Shown here in pieces: positions 48,610 to 61,153 of a stretch of 64,000 nucleotides of DNA; position 1 is the stretch's first letter, and the number at the start of each line of letters is the position of its first letter. Source of the stretch: Peribolospora baueri (lineage: Eukaryota). Both the position numbers and the translations under genes were made by a program. The notes below the pieces were generated by a model that was not told the origin of the DNA, made no database searches, and saw nothing but the letters and a program-made list of their open reading frames with translations. Where the stretch lies: positions 124,001 through 188,000 of the forward strand of contig JAMDHS010000040.1 in the NCBI GenBank assembly GCA_029717555.1. The letters are read 5' to 3'.

Positions 48610-50672
48610 ATAGAAGGACGAAAGACTCGCCGGCGGGCAGTACATAGGCCTCCTAAGCCTTGTTGCATTTTCGTATTCGTTTCGTTTTGGGAAGCGCTCG
48701 GCATGCCCTTGTTCGGCTGTTAGCTTTAACCGGCGGCCCGGAGTCCGGACGACCGACGTGAGACGGGAGGGGAGGCACATACGCCAACCATACGTTCGTC
48801 TGCACGTGTGTGTCGCGCGGTGTCTCGCTTAGCAGTGAAGGCGTGAGAGAGGGCTCGCTGGCCAACCTTGGTTCACGCTCCGAGCGGTGCTAGGTCGCAC
48901 AGCGGTCGTCGTCCCGGCTGCGCTTTCTCGTATTCGCCGATGCGGACGGACGAACGAACGAACGAACGAACGGGCCTGTGAACAGATCCGCCAGTACACA
49001 ACTACACATGCGCGAAGGAACCGACGGGGCAAAGGAAAGGAAAGAAAAGAAAGCGGCGAGGAAGGCGCATCCCCCTCAGCGCGGCTGGCCTTGCCTCGCT
49101 CAGACTCGGAAGGAAGAACGGTCGAGGCGAGGTGGGTTGGGGTGGGCACGTTGAGACGATCCGACCCGACGGAGGTTAGAAGACGATATCCCATCGACAA
49201 CCACAGCAATTAGCGGGCGGGAGGGCGGCGTTTTAAAAGAGTCCGTTCGTAGGATTAATGGTCATGACGCCCTCGAATCCTGCGAGTAGAGCGCCCTTGC
49301 GTAAAACGTCCGAAGCGATGCTCTGACGGACGGGACTGACGACGTCACAGATCGAACGAGCACATATACATCCTAACTTGGCCAACCGGAGACTGGATCG
49401 CTGAAGACATTGGCTTACCATGCTCCGGACATTGACTTAACCATTCTCCAGATATGACTTAGCTGGACGCACGCGCACCTCGACCGATCGACCACACGGC
49501 CGGTTCTCTTTCTCCTGCGTTCGCCACTCGCAGCCATTGCATCCGTCTCTGGCGCTGCTTTCACCGTCTCGCTGGCCCGTCTGCTCGCGCTCGCTGATCT
49601 CTGATCTACGTCCTATCATCGAGATCCCGGCTTGCGCTCACGCCACGCATGATTTGCACCGTCTAGGCCTCACTCGGCTCGGCTAGCAGCTTCGCCGGGC
49701 CAATTTGACCAGCGGCACACACCGCCCGCACGCGAGATCCATGCTAAGTGCCCGCTAACAGCCCGACTTGGTGGATGGATGGAAGGATGGATGGATAGCG
49801 AAAGGAGGGTGCTCAACGTACAGGGCGCTGATGGGATAGTTACCTACTTAATTTCTTTATGACTAGCTTCCTCGGGTAGCGACGCCTGGGAACGTCTCGC
49901 AAGCGAAGCGAGCCTGCACTGCCTGCTCGCTCGATTGCCCGCAAAGGGAAACCCGGCGGCGCTCGCTCATGTGCAAGTCGCACGTCTCTTCCCACCCAGA
50001 CAGAACCGGGGAGAGGGCGGGACAGAGAGGAGAGGGAGGCGCAGCGCAGAAACCAACACAAGGCGCCGCCCTGTGTCGAGGAGACCCCACAGACTGACCG
50101 CTATTCCTCGTCTTTCGTAACTCGCTGCCGGTCACTGCAGACCGGTCAGACCGAGGTGTCGGGTCCATGTTTGCGTAGACGCACATACGGTAGTGTAGTG
50201 TCATGTCTCAGCGCGCGTTTGGGATGGGACTGACTGCCCAGTCTAGAGTTGGCGGGGAAGGGAGACGGAACGTCGATGCTGCTTCCGCTTTCTTCTTCCT
50301 CTCCTTCCTTCTTTTCCAGACTCGAGATCGTCACTTGTCTAATTCCGAGTCGCCCGCCTCGCTGTCTCTCGTCCGGGCTCGTATATAGTCAACCACCCAG
50401 GCCATTCCATGCGCCTCGCACCCGGCCACCCGCTGACCGCCCGCAGATGCTTCCCAGGTCTCCTCCTCATCTTGCTTAGCTTCCTCAGTACCGCCTTTTT
50501 TTTTTGTCTTCTAACCCGCGGGTCGACGACCAGCGAGTGATCCACCACGTCGCTCCAGGTCGCCCGTCCAGCCGCTCTCCGTCCTTTTCCAAACGACGCA
50601 AGGGCAGCGCGGCCTCCTGGTCTTTCTTCGCCACGAAGCCTACATCGTTCAGGAGCGGCGCAGGGAGGCAAG

Positions 50673-53218
50673 ATGGCAGCCAGCGTCGAGGAGTGGGCCG
50701 CGCCGAGGGACTTGCCCAGCAAGGGCACCCCGTTCTTGTACATTCCCTCTCCAGTCATGCAGCATGATCTTCTCGTGAGTATAGGATCTCGTTCGGAAAT
50801 GGGCCCGCACAGGCTTCCTTGTCGGCGCCCGACCGCCTTCGAAGCAAGCGCGGCGAAGGACGCGCACGGTTCTGACCAGATTCGCTCTCTCGCTTGGGCC
50901 GTGACCGCTTCGCTTTCTCTTTCTCGGGACCAGGCTAGGTGAGCCACGACGTTCTCGTCTTGCTTCCCCGCCGCCGCTGAGTGCGCCGATCGACCTTGGC
51001 TAAGGACGGTGCCGTCTTATCGTCGTCGTCCCCGGCCCCCAGCATGCTTGTTTACGCTGTGAGGATCCCACTGGCCCACACGTCCTCGGACCCCTTCCTC
51101 TCCTCCCGTGGTGCTGACATCAGCGCTTCTCTCTCCTCCTTCTTCCGTCACAACTCGGCGATCCTCGTACGTAGGCAGCGGCGGGCATGGTCGGCGTGGA
51201 GCTGCTGGGCAGCCTGCAATTCGACATCAAGCTCTTCCTAAGACCAGGCTGGCGCGTGCCCTCCAAGGTCGCCAGCCGGTCCGCCTACCTCATCTCTCGG
51301 TACGCCGCGTTCACGTTCGCCTTGCTCGTTGTCCTCTTTGAAAGTGAGCCGGTCGTCTCGACCTTCTCCCCCTTCTCCGCCTCAGGTTCGCTCGCACTCG
51401 TCGCTCATCGCCCGAACGGCATCGCTCTGCCCCTTTTCCTTTTCCCCACAGCCTATCCGGGCATCGACTGTGACGTCCTGCCCAAGGTTTTCGACGCCAT
51501 GGTGATCATAAGCCACATTTGCACCACCTTTGTCTTCGCCATCCGCTGCGTCGCCATCTGTCGGTCCTCGATGTGAGTGGGAGGAAGAGCAAAGCAGCGA
51601 CAGTGCCATTCCTCTGAACTGATGGAGGAAAACCCATCCGACTTGCTCTTCTTCGTCTACGTCCCCAGCTGGGTGCAATGCTTCGTCTTCTTCATGTTCC
51701 TCTACACCTCCGGCTGGGCCATCTCGTTGTGCCTCATCCCACGCGGCATCAACCTTCCCGGCTCGCCTTTCTGCCTCTACCTCACCAAAGGCCCGACCGT
51801 GGTCGTGCCGCTCGGCTGGCTCGTGCGTTCCACCATCCACCCATTTCTCGACTCCGTTCGTCGTGGTCCCTTATTCCTTCCGCGTTTCATCACTGACGTT
51901 ATGTTCGGCCGCCCGGCGTTCCGCCTCTCCCGCCTTCTTTTCTCCGATGCCGAAATCTGTTCTGACGCACCCAGTCGTCCACGATCGCCTTTGACACCAC
52001 CACCTTTGTGCTCACCGCCAACAAGCTCGGGGCGCTAAGGCTGGTCTGGCGCGATCGCCTGAACCAAGGTCCCATGCTCACCAAGATGCTCTTCGAACAG
52101 GGTGAGGGAGCGCTCCTGACAGTTTCCGTCGTTGTTCCCCGCGGGTGAGCGGGCGAAAGAAGGGCGTCTGCAGACTGATGCGACTTGCTCCCTTTGCTTC
52201 CCCCCTTCCTCCCTTCCCTTCATCCCGGCCAAAGGCTTGCTCTACTTCATCGCTTCGCTGTGTTTGACGATCGGGAGTATGCTCATCTATACCCTCGGCC
52301 CGGACGATAACATTAAGGTGAGTGAAGAGAAGAGGAGGAAGCGTGGGGGCCTGGACCACAGCTGATGACGTTACCGTCTGCTCGACCATACGGCCACGGC
52401 GAAGGCAGTTCCTTGAAACGCCAATCTTGATCGGCGCGCAGAGCATGCTCGCTGGACGAGTATTCCGACTGACGTGGAAGCTGGTGGGCGGGTCGGGGGA
52501 CGTATACGGGTCGAGCAAGAACAAGGTGTCGTCGCAGTCTCGCCTCCGCCTTCCCCATCATCACTCTTTCTCGGGCCTCGGAAGTCTGGGAAGCCCGACG
52601 TCGGGGATGATGTCTAGGAAACAGCAGGGCGCGTGGGGTCCGTTGGAGGGCGAAGGGAAGCAGGGCATGGACGACGTCGAGCTTGGGAACATGACGATGA
52701 CGGCGACCATCGACCCCGATCACGGCGGTCACGACGAAGGCGGGAGCAATGGCGGTGGTGTCGACGGCGGCGGCGTCTCGAACAGCACCTACGTCGCCGC
52801 GGTCGGCGACTACGGCGCGGACGCCGGGGTGACGTTCCCGCGTCGGGCGGCGTCTCGGGGCGGCGAGGAACGACGACGAAAGGGAGGAGGAGGAGGCGGG
52901 CGGCGGTCGACGCCGGGGGTGAGGGCGGAAGCGTCGAGCCCGGGACTGGTGATCATGTCGACGACGCAACGGGAGGTCACCGACGCCGAGGGGCGCCTTG
53001 TCACCTGGGGCGACGGGACGAGCGCGACGGAGGAGCCTCTGATCCGGTCGGACATGAGCGATGACGGCCATCGTCGCCACCTCACCGCCGACTTGCACGC
53101 GCATTACGCCGGCGGCGACGGGAACGGTGACGGCGACGGCGGCGGCAGCGGCGCAGAGAGTCGGTCGGTCCTCTCGTCGGTGCCGTCGATCCAGGACCAT
53201 CCCTTCCGGGGGCGATGA
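50673..53218 (+). CDS. Second GPCR-like/DUF6533-type multi-pass membrane protein; many exons including microexons
   Basis: AYLISRY, FVFAIRCVAI, FDTTTFVLT, EQGLLYF, QSMLAGRVFR; homologous by eye to the 3607-5077 product. Confidence 0.7.
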
Positions 53219-54809
53219 AATATCAACACGACACGCTCTGCTCTAGCCTTGCGGGCCTCTTCATTTCGTCTCTTTCCTTTTTTCCCTTACTATGCCTTGC
53301 TTTCATTTTCCTTTCCGTCCTGCCTTGCCTCGCTTGGGCGCATTTGGCGTTGTCTCGCGCCGCCGGCCGGCCGCCCACCCGCCGTTATTTATTACCTTGC
53401 CCATTTTACCCTACCCACCGGCCTTTTTCGCTCGGCCCATTCGTCAACGTACGCGCGTGCCGGCCTGTATCTTATCATAGAAAAACGGATAAAAGAAAAC
53501 CGATGTCGGATCCGATCGACCCAAGGGAAGGGACGGACGTGGCTGGTTGGCCACTTGGGACGACGGACGGATGGAGGATGGGATGGGGGTGAACCTGGGA
53601 AAACAAACGCTGGCCGGCGTTTTTCGAGGTCGGTCGGTTCCATGTGAATATGGATTGGGTTCGTCTTTGTCGTTTGTCCGATGCGTCGGCAGCATCATCA
53701 TCATCATCGTTGTCGTCACTGGACGCCCCAGCAGCGCCCGCCCAGCGCCATCGCATCGTAGCACCATCGATCAAAAACGAAAACGTGTGCGATCGAATTC
53801 GGAGTGTCGTCATCCCATCCATCCAACCATCTTATCATCCATCCATCCTCCGTCCTTCCTTTCTTTCGCTGTCCATTTTCACGCGACGCTTTTGCAACGC
53901 CGCAGTTTTTTATTATTTTTATTTTTATTTTGCGCTGTCGGCGGCAGGCGGCCTTCGGCTCCGACCGAGGCCGATCGGACGCTTGAGGGAGCGAGCGAGT
54001 GAGCGAGGACGGTGGGGACGGATGTGACGTAAACGGCGACGAGGGAAGAGGGCGACGGGCTCGCAGTTGGTCCGCCGGCCAGCCGCAGTGCCCCAAGCCA
54101 TCCATGTCATCCATGTCATCCACCCATCATCCATCCACCCAGCATCGAAATGAAGAACGCCACACGATGGGTGTCACCATCGCTCGCGGCCGTGATCGTG
54201 ATATGATCGGTCGGAGGACGTCGGTCGAGCTTGGGCCGGAACGACGGGTCGTGTGAGTGGCCGCAGCAGTTGCCGCAGCAGGGCGTGGCGAGCGAGAGCG
54301 ACTTGTTGGGGAAGTGACACCAGCGGCTTTGTTTTTGCTGCGTCGATACAACGACGTCCCGGTCGGGGCGATGAGACAGACGACGACGAGCGGCGGTCGG
54401 CGGGGCAGCGGATGGGGACGAATGCTGGGGCGTGCGTGGAAGAGACAGAAAGACAACCAGCTCGAGACATGATAAACGGAGGAGGGGCGAAAGCGAGAAC
54501 GAGAGTCGTCGTCGTCACTCACCGACCCATTTCTTCGTCTTCCTCCACCACCAACCACCGCTTCTTCTCGCCTTAGCCCGGCCTCACGTTCATCCCAGCC
54601 TTCTTCTTTCCACCACCCTCGTTTCGGCGCCCCCGGTCCGCCTCCCCACGTTCTCGCCGCACTTACTTATATCAACCCCAGCCCCTCCCCGCCGTCTTCC
54701 TTTCCTCCATCTCCGTTCGCCACTCACCTTCTCATTCCTCCTCCCTTCTTCTCTTCCCTTCTTCTCCCTCTCGAACGATCTTCCTTCCACATCTCCCCGT
54801 CGCCCGGCC

Positions 54810-56609
54810 ATGAGCCTCGACGCCGACGCCACCTTGCGCGGGCGTCTCCCGCACGCCTCTCTCGACGACTCGGACTCGGCCTCGCCCGTCGTCGTCGAGG
54901 CCAAGGGCCACCCGCTGGGCGCCGCCAAGGTCTCCGCCACCGCCACCGCCACCGCGCGCCCCTCCAAGCCCGCCCGCTTCGCCCAGGCCGAGCCCGTGGA
55001 CGCGGACATTGAGGACGACTACGTGACCCGCACGCTCGCCTCTCAGAAGGCGCTCCCGCCCGTGACGTGGAGCAACTTCCTGTCCGAGGTTAACTGGCTC
55101 TCCACCATCATCCTCACCGTCACCCCGCTCCTCTCCATCTACGGCCTCTTCACCACCAAGCTCCAGGCCAAGACGTTCTGGTTCGCCATCTTTTGGTACT
55201 ACGTCACCGGTCTCGGCATCACCGCCGGCTACCACCGTCTTTGGGCCCACCGTTCCTACACCGCCTCCAAGCCTCTCCAGTACGCCCTCGCTCTCGCCGG
55301 CGCTGGTGCCGTTCAGGGCTCCATCAGATGGTGGTCCCGCGGCCACCGCGCCCATCACCGCTACACCGACACCGACCTCGACCCCTACAGCGCCCACAGG
55401 GGTCTCGTCTGGTCCCACATCGGCTGGATGGTCATCAAGCCCCGCCGCAAGCCCGGCGTGGCCGACGTGTCGGACCTGACGAACAACGCCGTCGTCCGGT
55501 GGCAGCACGAGAACTACCTCGCCCTCCTCCTCCTCATGGGTCTCGCCGTGCCCACCCTCATCCCCGGCCTTTTCTGGGGTGACTGGACCGGCGGCTTCTT
55601 CTTCGCCGGCGCCGCCCGCCTCTGCTTCGTCCACCACTCTACTTTTTGCGTCAACTCGCTCGCCCACTGGCTCGGCGAGGCCAGCTTCGACAACAAGATC
55701 TCCCCGCGCGACCACGTCATCACCGCGCTCGTGACCATTGGCGAGGGCTACCACAACTTCCACCACCAGTTCCCAATGGACTACCGCAACGCCATCAAGT
55801 GGTTCCAGTACGACCCCACCAAGTGGTTCATCGCCACCATGAAATACCTCGGCCTTGCCTCCCACCTCAAGGTCTTCCCCGACAACGAGGTGAAGAAGGG
55901 ACAGCTGACGATGCAGCTCAAGAGGCTCCACGAGATGAAGCAGACCATCGAGTGGCCCAAGAGCTCGAACCACCTGCCCGTCGTCTCCTGGGACGACTTC
56001 CAGGAGGAGTCCAAGACCCGCCCCCTCATCGTCGTCCATGGCTTTGTGCACGACGTGAGCTCCTTCCTCGACGAGCACCCCGGCGGCCGCCACCTGCTCA
56101 TGAACAAGATCGGCAAAGACGCCACGACAGCCTTCCTCGGCGGCGTGTACGACCACTCCAACGCGGCCCACAACCTGCTCGCCATGATGCGCGTCGGCGT
56201 CCTCGACGGCGGCTACGAGCTCGAGGCCAACAAGCCCCAGTACCGCGCCGCCGCCGCCGCTGCGCACGCCGGCCGCTCCGGGTCGGCCTCGGACGCGACG
56301 AACCCGGGCGTGACGACGTCTTCGGACGAGAGCGACGACTTTACCTCGTCCGGCCCTCCGACTCCTCTCTCTTCTCGGTCCGAGGAGAACCTCGTCCTCC
56401 CCGCCGCCGTGTCCGCCAAGGCGCCCACCTCGTCGTCCTCCGACTCTGCCTCGGCCTCGGAAGATGTGGTCATCCTCACCGACGGACGACGGATCGCGCC
56501 GTCGGCGGCCAAGTACCTACCCCCGAGCCAGATCCTTGACATTGTTTCCCGCGGCGAGTTGACGGAGAACGCGAGGGCAAGGAGGGGCAAGCTTGGCAAG
56601 TTGCTCTGA
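54810..56609 (+). CDS. OLE1: Delta-9 acyl-CoA desaturase with C-terminal cytochrome b5 domain; single exon
   Basis: His boxes HRLWAH, HRAHH and HNFHH; GEGYHNFHHQFP; cytochrome b5 HPGG. Confidence 0.97.
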   Translation: MSLDADATLRGRLPHASLDDSDSASPVVVEAKGHPLGAAKVSATATATARPSKPARFAQAEPVDADIEDDYVTRTLASQKALPPVTWSNFLSEVNWLSTIILTVTPLLSIYGLFTTKLQAKTFWFAIFWYYVTGLGITAGYHRLWAHRSYTASKPLQYALALAGAGAVQGSIRWWSRGHRAHHRYTDTDLDPYSAHRGLVWSHIGWMVIKPRRKPGVADVSDLTNNAVVRWQHENYLALLLLMGLAVPTLIPGLFWGDWTGGFFFAGAARLCFVHHSTFCVNSLAHWLGEASFDNKISPRDHVITALVTIGEGYHNFHHQFPMDYRNAIKWFQYDPTKWFIATMKYLGLASHLKVFPDNEVKKGQLTMQLKRLHEMKQTIEWPKSSNHLPVVSWDDFQEESKTRPLIVVHGFVHDVSSFLDEHPGGRHLLMNKIGKDATTAFLGGVYDHSNAAHNLLAMMRVGVLDGGYELEANKPQYRAAAAAAHAGRSGSASDATNPGVTTSSDESDDFTSSGPPTPLSSRSEENLVLPAAVSAKAPTSSSSDSASASEDVVILTDGRRIAPSAAKYLPPSQILDIVSRGELTENARARRGKLGKLL

Positions 56610-58603
56610 TCCGGACAGAGAGGACGGACAGACGGCTGACGGGGCACGGGGTACGGTCCGGTGCGAGCGAGCATCATGTGTGACGCCCTTGCAACGACCT
56701 CTTTCGTCTTCCTCTCCTTCCTCTCCAACCAACCACCACTTTCTCATGTCCATTCGACGCCCTCCTCCCACGCGCAAACGAACATTGTTCTTTCCCTCTC
56801 CTCTCCTCCCTCTCCTCCTCTCCGTTCTCTGATTGCATCTGTGATATTAGCTCGTCCTTTGACCGCCAAGGTGATGATTGTGAAAAACTGACGATCGATC
56901 ATAATTTGCGACGCGACGCGACGACGACGACGACGGGACGGGATGTGGGAAGCGTTGGCCGTGCGTGGCCCGTGCGTGCGCGTGCGGTCGGTCGGTCATT
57001 CGTTTCGGTCCGACGGGGAGTTAGTTGGGAGTGACTGAAAAGAAAAGACGAAAGCGTGTCGTCCCGCGAGGACGGAACGATGCCCAGGCAAGACACACCG
57101 ACACTACGGGATAGATTGAGCGATCCGTCCGTCCGGACGGTCTGGCTCTCGATCCTTGTATTCTCCTCCCTCTTTTACTTTTCTTTTGTTTTCTTTCCAC
57201 GGCCGTCCACGTCCATGCCCGTGTCCATGTCGATCTGGCTGGGACGGGTGGGGTGGGCTAGGTGGGGGCTGGCCGGCTAGCCGTGCCACATGTGGGCTCG
57301 AGTTTGGAAAACCCGATCGTCCGACCGACCGAACGGATGGACGGACGGACGGATGGGGGCGGACGGAATGAGCTCAGGTCGCCTCGCCTCGGACCCGATC
57401 GTGGGGAGGATCAGATGAGCTGGAGAAGGCTGTCTGTCTGTTCGTCTGATCTCATTCTCCTTCTCATCTTCACTAGCTTTCGCTCTCCCTGGTCGATATC
57501 AACCTAGCTGAGTTGAGTGGCCGGCTGTGGCATCACGTGACGACCCTCACCGCCCATTCCCATTCCCATTCACATCGCATTCCCAGTTGTATTTTGTCTC
57601 TCCTCCGTGTTCGTGTGGGCGGGTTCGTCGTCGTCTGGTCTCACTCAGCTTGCTTGCTGGCTCGCATATCCTCCAAAGACTCCCCCCATCCCACTCCGAC
57701 CAGCGCCAGCCACGACGGACGGCCGGCCGGCTGTAGATCACGCGAGCCCCTTGTTTCTCCTTTTCTCTCCACCCTCTTTCTCCTTTGCCTCCGCTCGCCC
57801 TCGCCTCGGCCCACAGACAGGCAGGCGCGCTTTCCTTCCGTCCCTCCCCCGGTCTTTCTTCCTCGACGTCCCACACATCGTCGTCGTCCACCACATCGGC
57901 GGCCGAGCGAAAAGGAAGAAAGAAAGACGGAAAGAGAGAGAGAAAGAAAGGGAGGGGTGCGAAGAGGCAAGCGAAGAGAGACAGCCCTCGCTCGTCGGTC
58001 GGTCGGGGCGAGACCAGGTTGTCTTGTCTGTCATTTGCAAACCCATTTCCTTCGTTTTGGCTTTCTTTCTTTCTTTCTTTCTTTCTTTGTCTTTCTCGCT
58101 GCCCCGCTCCGCTCCCACGGCCGCGCTTGCGTTAGCCCGAGATCGTCGTTGCAGCAACGCATCCCCGCCCGTCGACCACCGTTCGTCTCGTCTCTCTGCT
58201 CGCTCGTGCGACGCCGTCGTGTGGACGGACGGACGGATAGACAGGCAGACGGATAGACAGACGAACGAACGAACGAACGAACGAACGAACAACGAACAAA
58301 CGGCCAAACGGACGAACGGCGGGCGCGGACGGACGAGAGGACCGGCTCATCTCCTTCGTCCACCTTCTCCCCCACGCCTTCGCTTCCGCCCTCCTTCCTC
58401 GGTTTCACCTTTGCCAGCAACCCGTTTCGCTTTCGGTCAACCCGCCCGACCACTTTACCCGCCGCCCCGCCGTCTATACGCATCCCACCACTCCGCCCCG
58501 AGCCCTTGCTTGCCATCGACGCCGAACAAAACCGGGTGCTCCCTGCCCCGGTCGTTCCCCCTCTTCCTCGACGACAACGCCACCACCACATCTGCAAGTC
58601 GCC

Positions 58604-60652
58604 ATGGCCCCCTCCACGGCCGCCTCCTCGCCGCCCCTCCAGCCCGCGCCAGGGCAGAAGCAAGCGTCCAAGCCCAAGTCCACGATGGCTGACGCTCCAC
58701 TTCCTCAAAGAAAACCGCTTTCTTCTCGACCCAACTCGGTCATCGGCCTCCTTCGCCTCCCCCTCCCCAAGCGCATTCGTTCCTTCTCCTCTTCCTCCTC
58801 CGTTCGCTCCGCCAGCCTTCGCGACTCGCCCTTCTCCCCCGCTCTCTCCGGGCCCCTCAGCGCACCGATCCTCGACAAGGAGGAGGACCCCATGCTTCGT
58901 CCCACCCCGCCGCCGCCGCCGCCCATCGCCCCATCACCAGACCAACGGCGGGCAACCGACGGCGCCAGAACGGCCGTCTCCTTTGTCGTGACCTCCAAGC
59001 GGTCTTCCTACCTCGGACCCGCCGCCCGCGCTCCTCCGGCTTGCGCTGATGGTAGCAAGGCCTCAGCGACCCCGCCCGTCGACATGGCCGCCGCCAAGTC
59101 CACGTTCGCCGACACGCTCTCCACTTCGCCCGACTCCTGCTCCCCCGTCCTCAGCGATCCCACCTGTGAGAGCCAGACGACCATCACCAAAACGCTCGTC
59201 GGTCAGCGCCACCGCGACCGCGGCCGAGACTCGGCTCTCTCCTCCTCCGCCGCCTCCTCCTCTTCCGCCTTTTCCCTCCCCCTCACCGACCGCTCCACTT
59301 CGCTCACCCGTTCCCGTTCCAACTCGCGTTCTTTGTCCGGCGCCGGAAGCACGATGAAAGGAACGCAGGAGAGCGACTGGACCGGCTCTTGGTCCAGCTT
59401 GGAGGAGGCCGCTGCGACGGCTACGGTGGCCATCGGCGCGGCGACGTCGCCGCTCAAGGGGCACGATGACGACGGCCCAGGTCACCTCGCCGGTGTCGTC
59501 CCGGCGAACGCCGCGGGGAAGGCGGCTTGGCGGCATGCGCCTTCTCCCTCGTCTGCGTCCACCTTATCCGCCGCCACCGTCGCAACGACAACAACAACAA
59601 CAACAACGACGACGATGACGATGCCGCCGCCGCTCCTCTCCGCCGCTTTCCTTACTCCCACGCCCTCCGCCGAACCGTCGCCTTCCCCTTTCTTTACCCC
59701 TCTACCCTCCGCCACGCCCTTGCTCGCTCCCTTTCCCCTATCCCAGCCTATCGATCCACATAACGATGGCGAGGCCGGTGGCGGTCACGCTCACCCGCCC
59801 GTCCTCGTCGATGGACGACAAGGGCGGTGTGCGCAAGAGCGAGAGGCGGCCGGCGACGATGACGTCGGCACGTCTCTTCCAGCTTCTCTTACCACCACCC
59901 ACTCCGCATCCCACCCTTCCTTTCCCTCCTCCTCGTCTACCTCCCATTCCTCTTCCGACCGCGCCCCCACCCTCCTCCGCACCGTCTCCCTCGACGCTGT
60001 CCTCCTTCCTCTCCCTCCAACAAGCAAGAACGAGATATTGGATCTTGCCGACCCACCGCCGCCGCCGCCGAATACGTCCTCTCCGTCGTCGTCGGCCGTG
60101 GCCGTGCCTCGCTTGGAGGAGGCTGACGGGAAGGGAAAGATGGAGATTGATGGTCGGATGAATGGGTCGGCGGCGAGGCCGGTTCTTGGCGTTGGAGTTG
60201 AAGAGACGATGGCGGCGGCGGCGGCGAAGCGGGTTCTGGGCGTCGGAGCTGAAGCGACGTCGACGACGACGACGACGACGGAGAAGGAAGCGGCCGCCGA
60301 CTCGGGCCCGCGAGACGACGCGCTCGGGCTCCTCGGTTCTCCTCTCCAACACCCTTTCGTCCTCGCCCCTTCCCGTCCCCCCGTCTCTCCTCCTCACCAC
60401 CTCTCCGCCGCTCGAACCTTGTCCTCCCTGACCCTCGCGTCCACCTCGCCAGACCACCCCGTCGCATCTCCGCCGGAACCTGCCGCCCACGACGCCGCCC
60501 TCTGCGACGCATCGTGCCTCTGTCTCGGTTGTTTGCGCACCAGCGTAGCTCCGCTCGAGGCTTTGGAGAGGTGGAGCGTAAAGGTCGTCGTCGACGCTGA
60601 GAGGGAGCGCCAGGTGGAGGTGGTCGCGGTCGCGGTGGCGGCGGACATCTGA
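58604..60652 (+). CDS. Hypothetical low-complexity Ser/Pro/Thr-rich protein (682 aa)
   Basis: Long uninterrupted ORF with trinucleotide runs kept in frame; no recognisable domain except a C-terminal CDASCLCLGC. Confidence 0.5.
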   Translation: MAPSTAASSPPLQPAPGQKQASKPKSTMADAPLPQRKPLSSRPNSVIGLLRLPLPKRIRSFSSSSSVRSASLRDSPFSPALSGPLSAPILDKEEDPMLRPTPPPPPPIAPSPDQRRATDGARTAVSFVVTSKRSSYLGPAARAPPACADGSKASATPPVDMAAAKSTFADTLSTSPDSCSPVLSDPTCESQTTITKTLVGQRHRDRGRDSALSSSAASSSSAFSLPLTDRSTSLTRSRSNSRSLSGAGSTMKGTQESDWTGSWSSLEEAAATATVAIGAATSPLKGHDDDGPGHLAGVVPANAAGKAAWRHAPSPSSASTLSAATVATTTTTTTTTTMTMPPPLLSAAFLTPTPSAEPSPSPFFTPLPSATPLLAPFPLSQPIDPHNDGEAGGGHAHPPVLVDGRQGRCAQEREAAGDDDVGTSLPASLTTTHSASHPSFPSSSSTSHSSSDRAPTLLRTVSLDAVLLPLPPTSKNEILDLADPPPPPPNTSSPSSSAVAVPRLEEADGKGKMEIDGRMNGSAARPVLGVGVEETMAAAAAKRVLGVGAEATSTTTTTTEKEAAADSGPRDDALGLLGSPLQHPFVLAPSRPPVSPPHHLSAARTLSSLTLASTSPDHPVASPPEPAAHDAALCDASCLCLGCLRTSVAPLEALERWSVKVVVDAERERQVEVVAVAVAADI

Positions 60653-61153
60653 ATGAATCCGACATGGACATTTTTTCTGCAGTCTCTCCTCCTACTTCTT
60701 CTTCTTGCTCCGCTCGCTTTCTCCCTTCCTTTCTCTCTCCGGTATCGACGTAACGGTGTATCACCACGGCTGGTTCGGTTCGGTTCGTCTCTCTTCGTCA
60801 CCGTCGTCTCTTTCTTTCTTCCTTTCTTCTTGTCTTCTCTTGTCCACCGCTTCACGCCATACTCGTCTTCGTCTTCGTCTTCCCGCCGCGTCTCCCCCCT
60901 TGTGTCCCCCCTTGGCCCTTGTGTTTGTCTGTCTGTCCACGTTGAAACTCTGCCCTAAGATGCGTTCGAGCCGGACAACGGCTCGCGTCCTTTTCTCCTT
61001 TCTTTCTTCTCTTTCCGGCCCGTCCGCCTGCTCTCGTCTACGTTGTTGCCCCTCCCCTCTCCCCTCTCTCTCTCGCTCTTTACCGTATCCACTCGTTCTC
61101 GCTCCCTTGCTCGCCGTATCAGATACGGATACCGCACACGAGAATCGGAATTC

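Noticed and set aside
54732..56267. 511-aa ORF antisense to OLE1 (similar antisense ORFs overlap the GMC, xylose reductase and CBM48 genes)
   Set aside because: Shadow ORFs caused by strong codon bias on the sense strand.
57513..58692. Long ORFs (247-361 aa) upstream of the 58604 ORF
   Set aside because: Translations of microsatellite-rich, pyrimidine-rich non-coding DNA with no domain signal.
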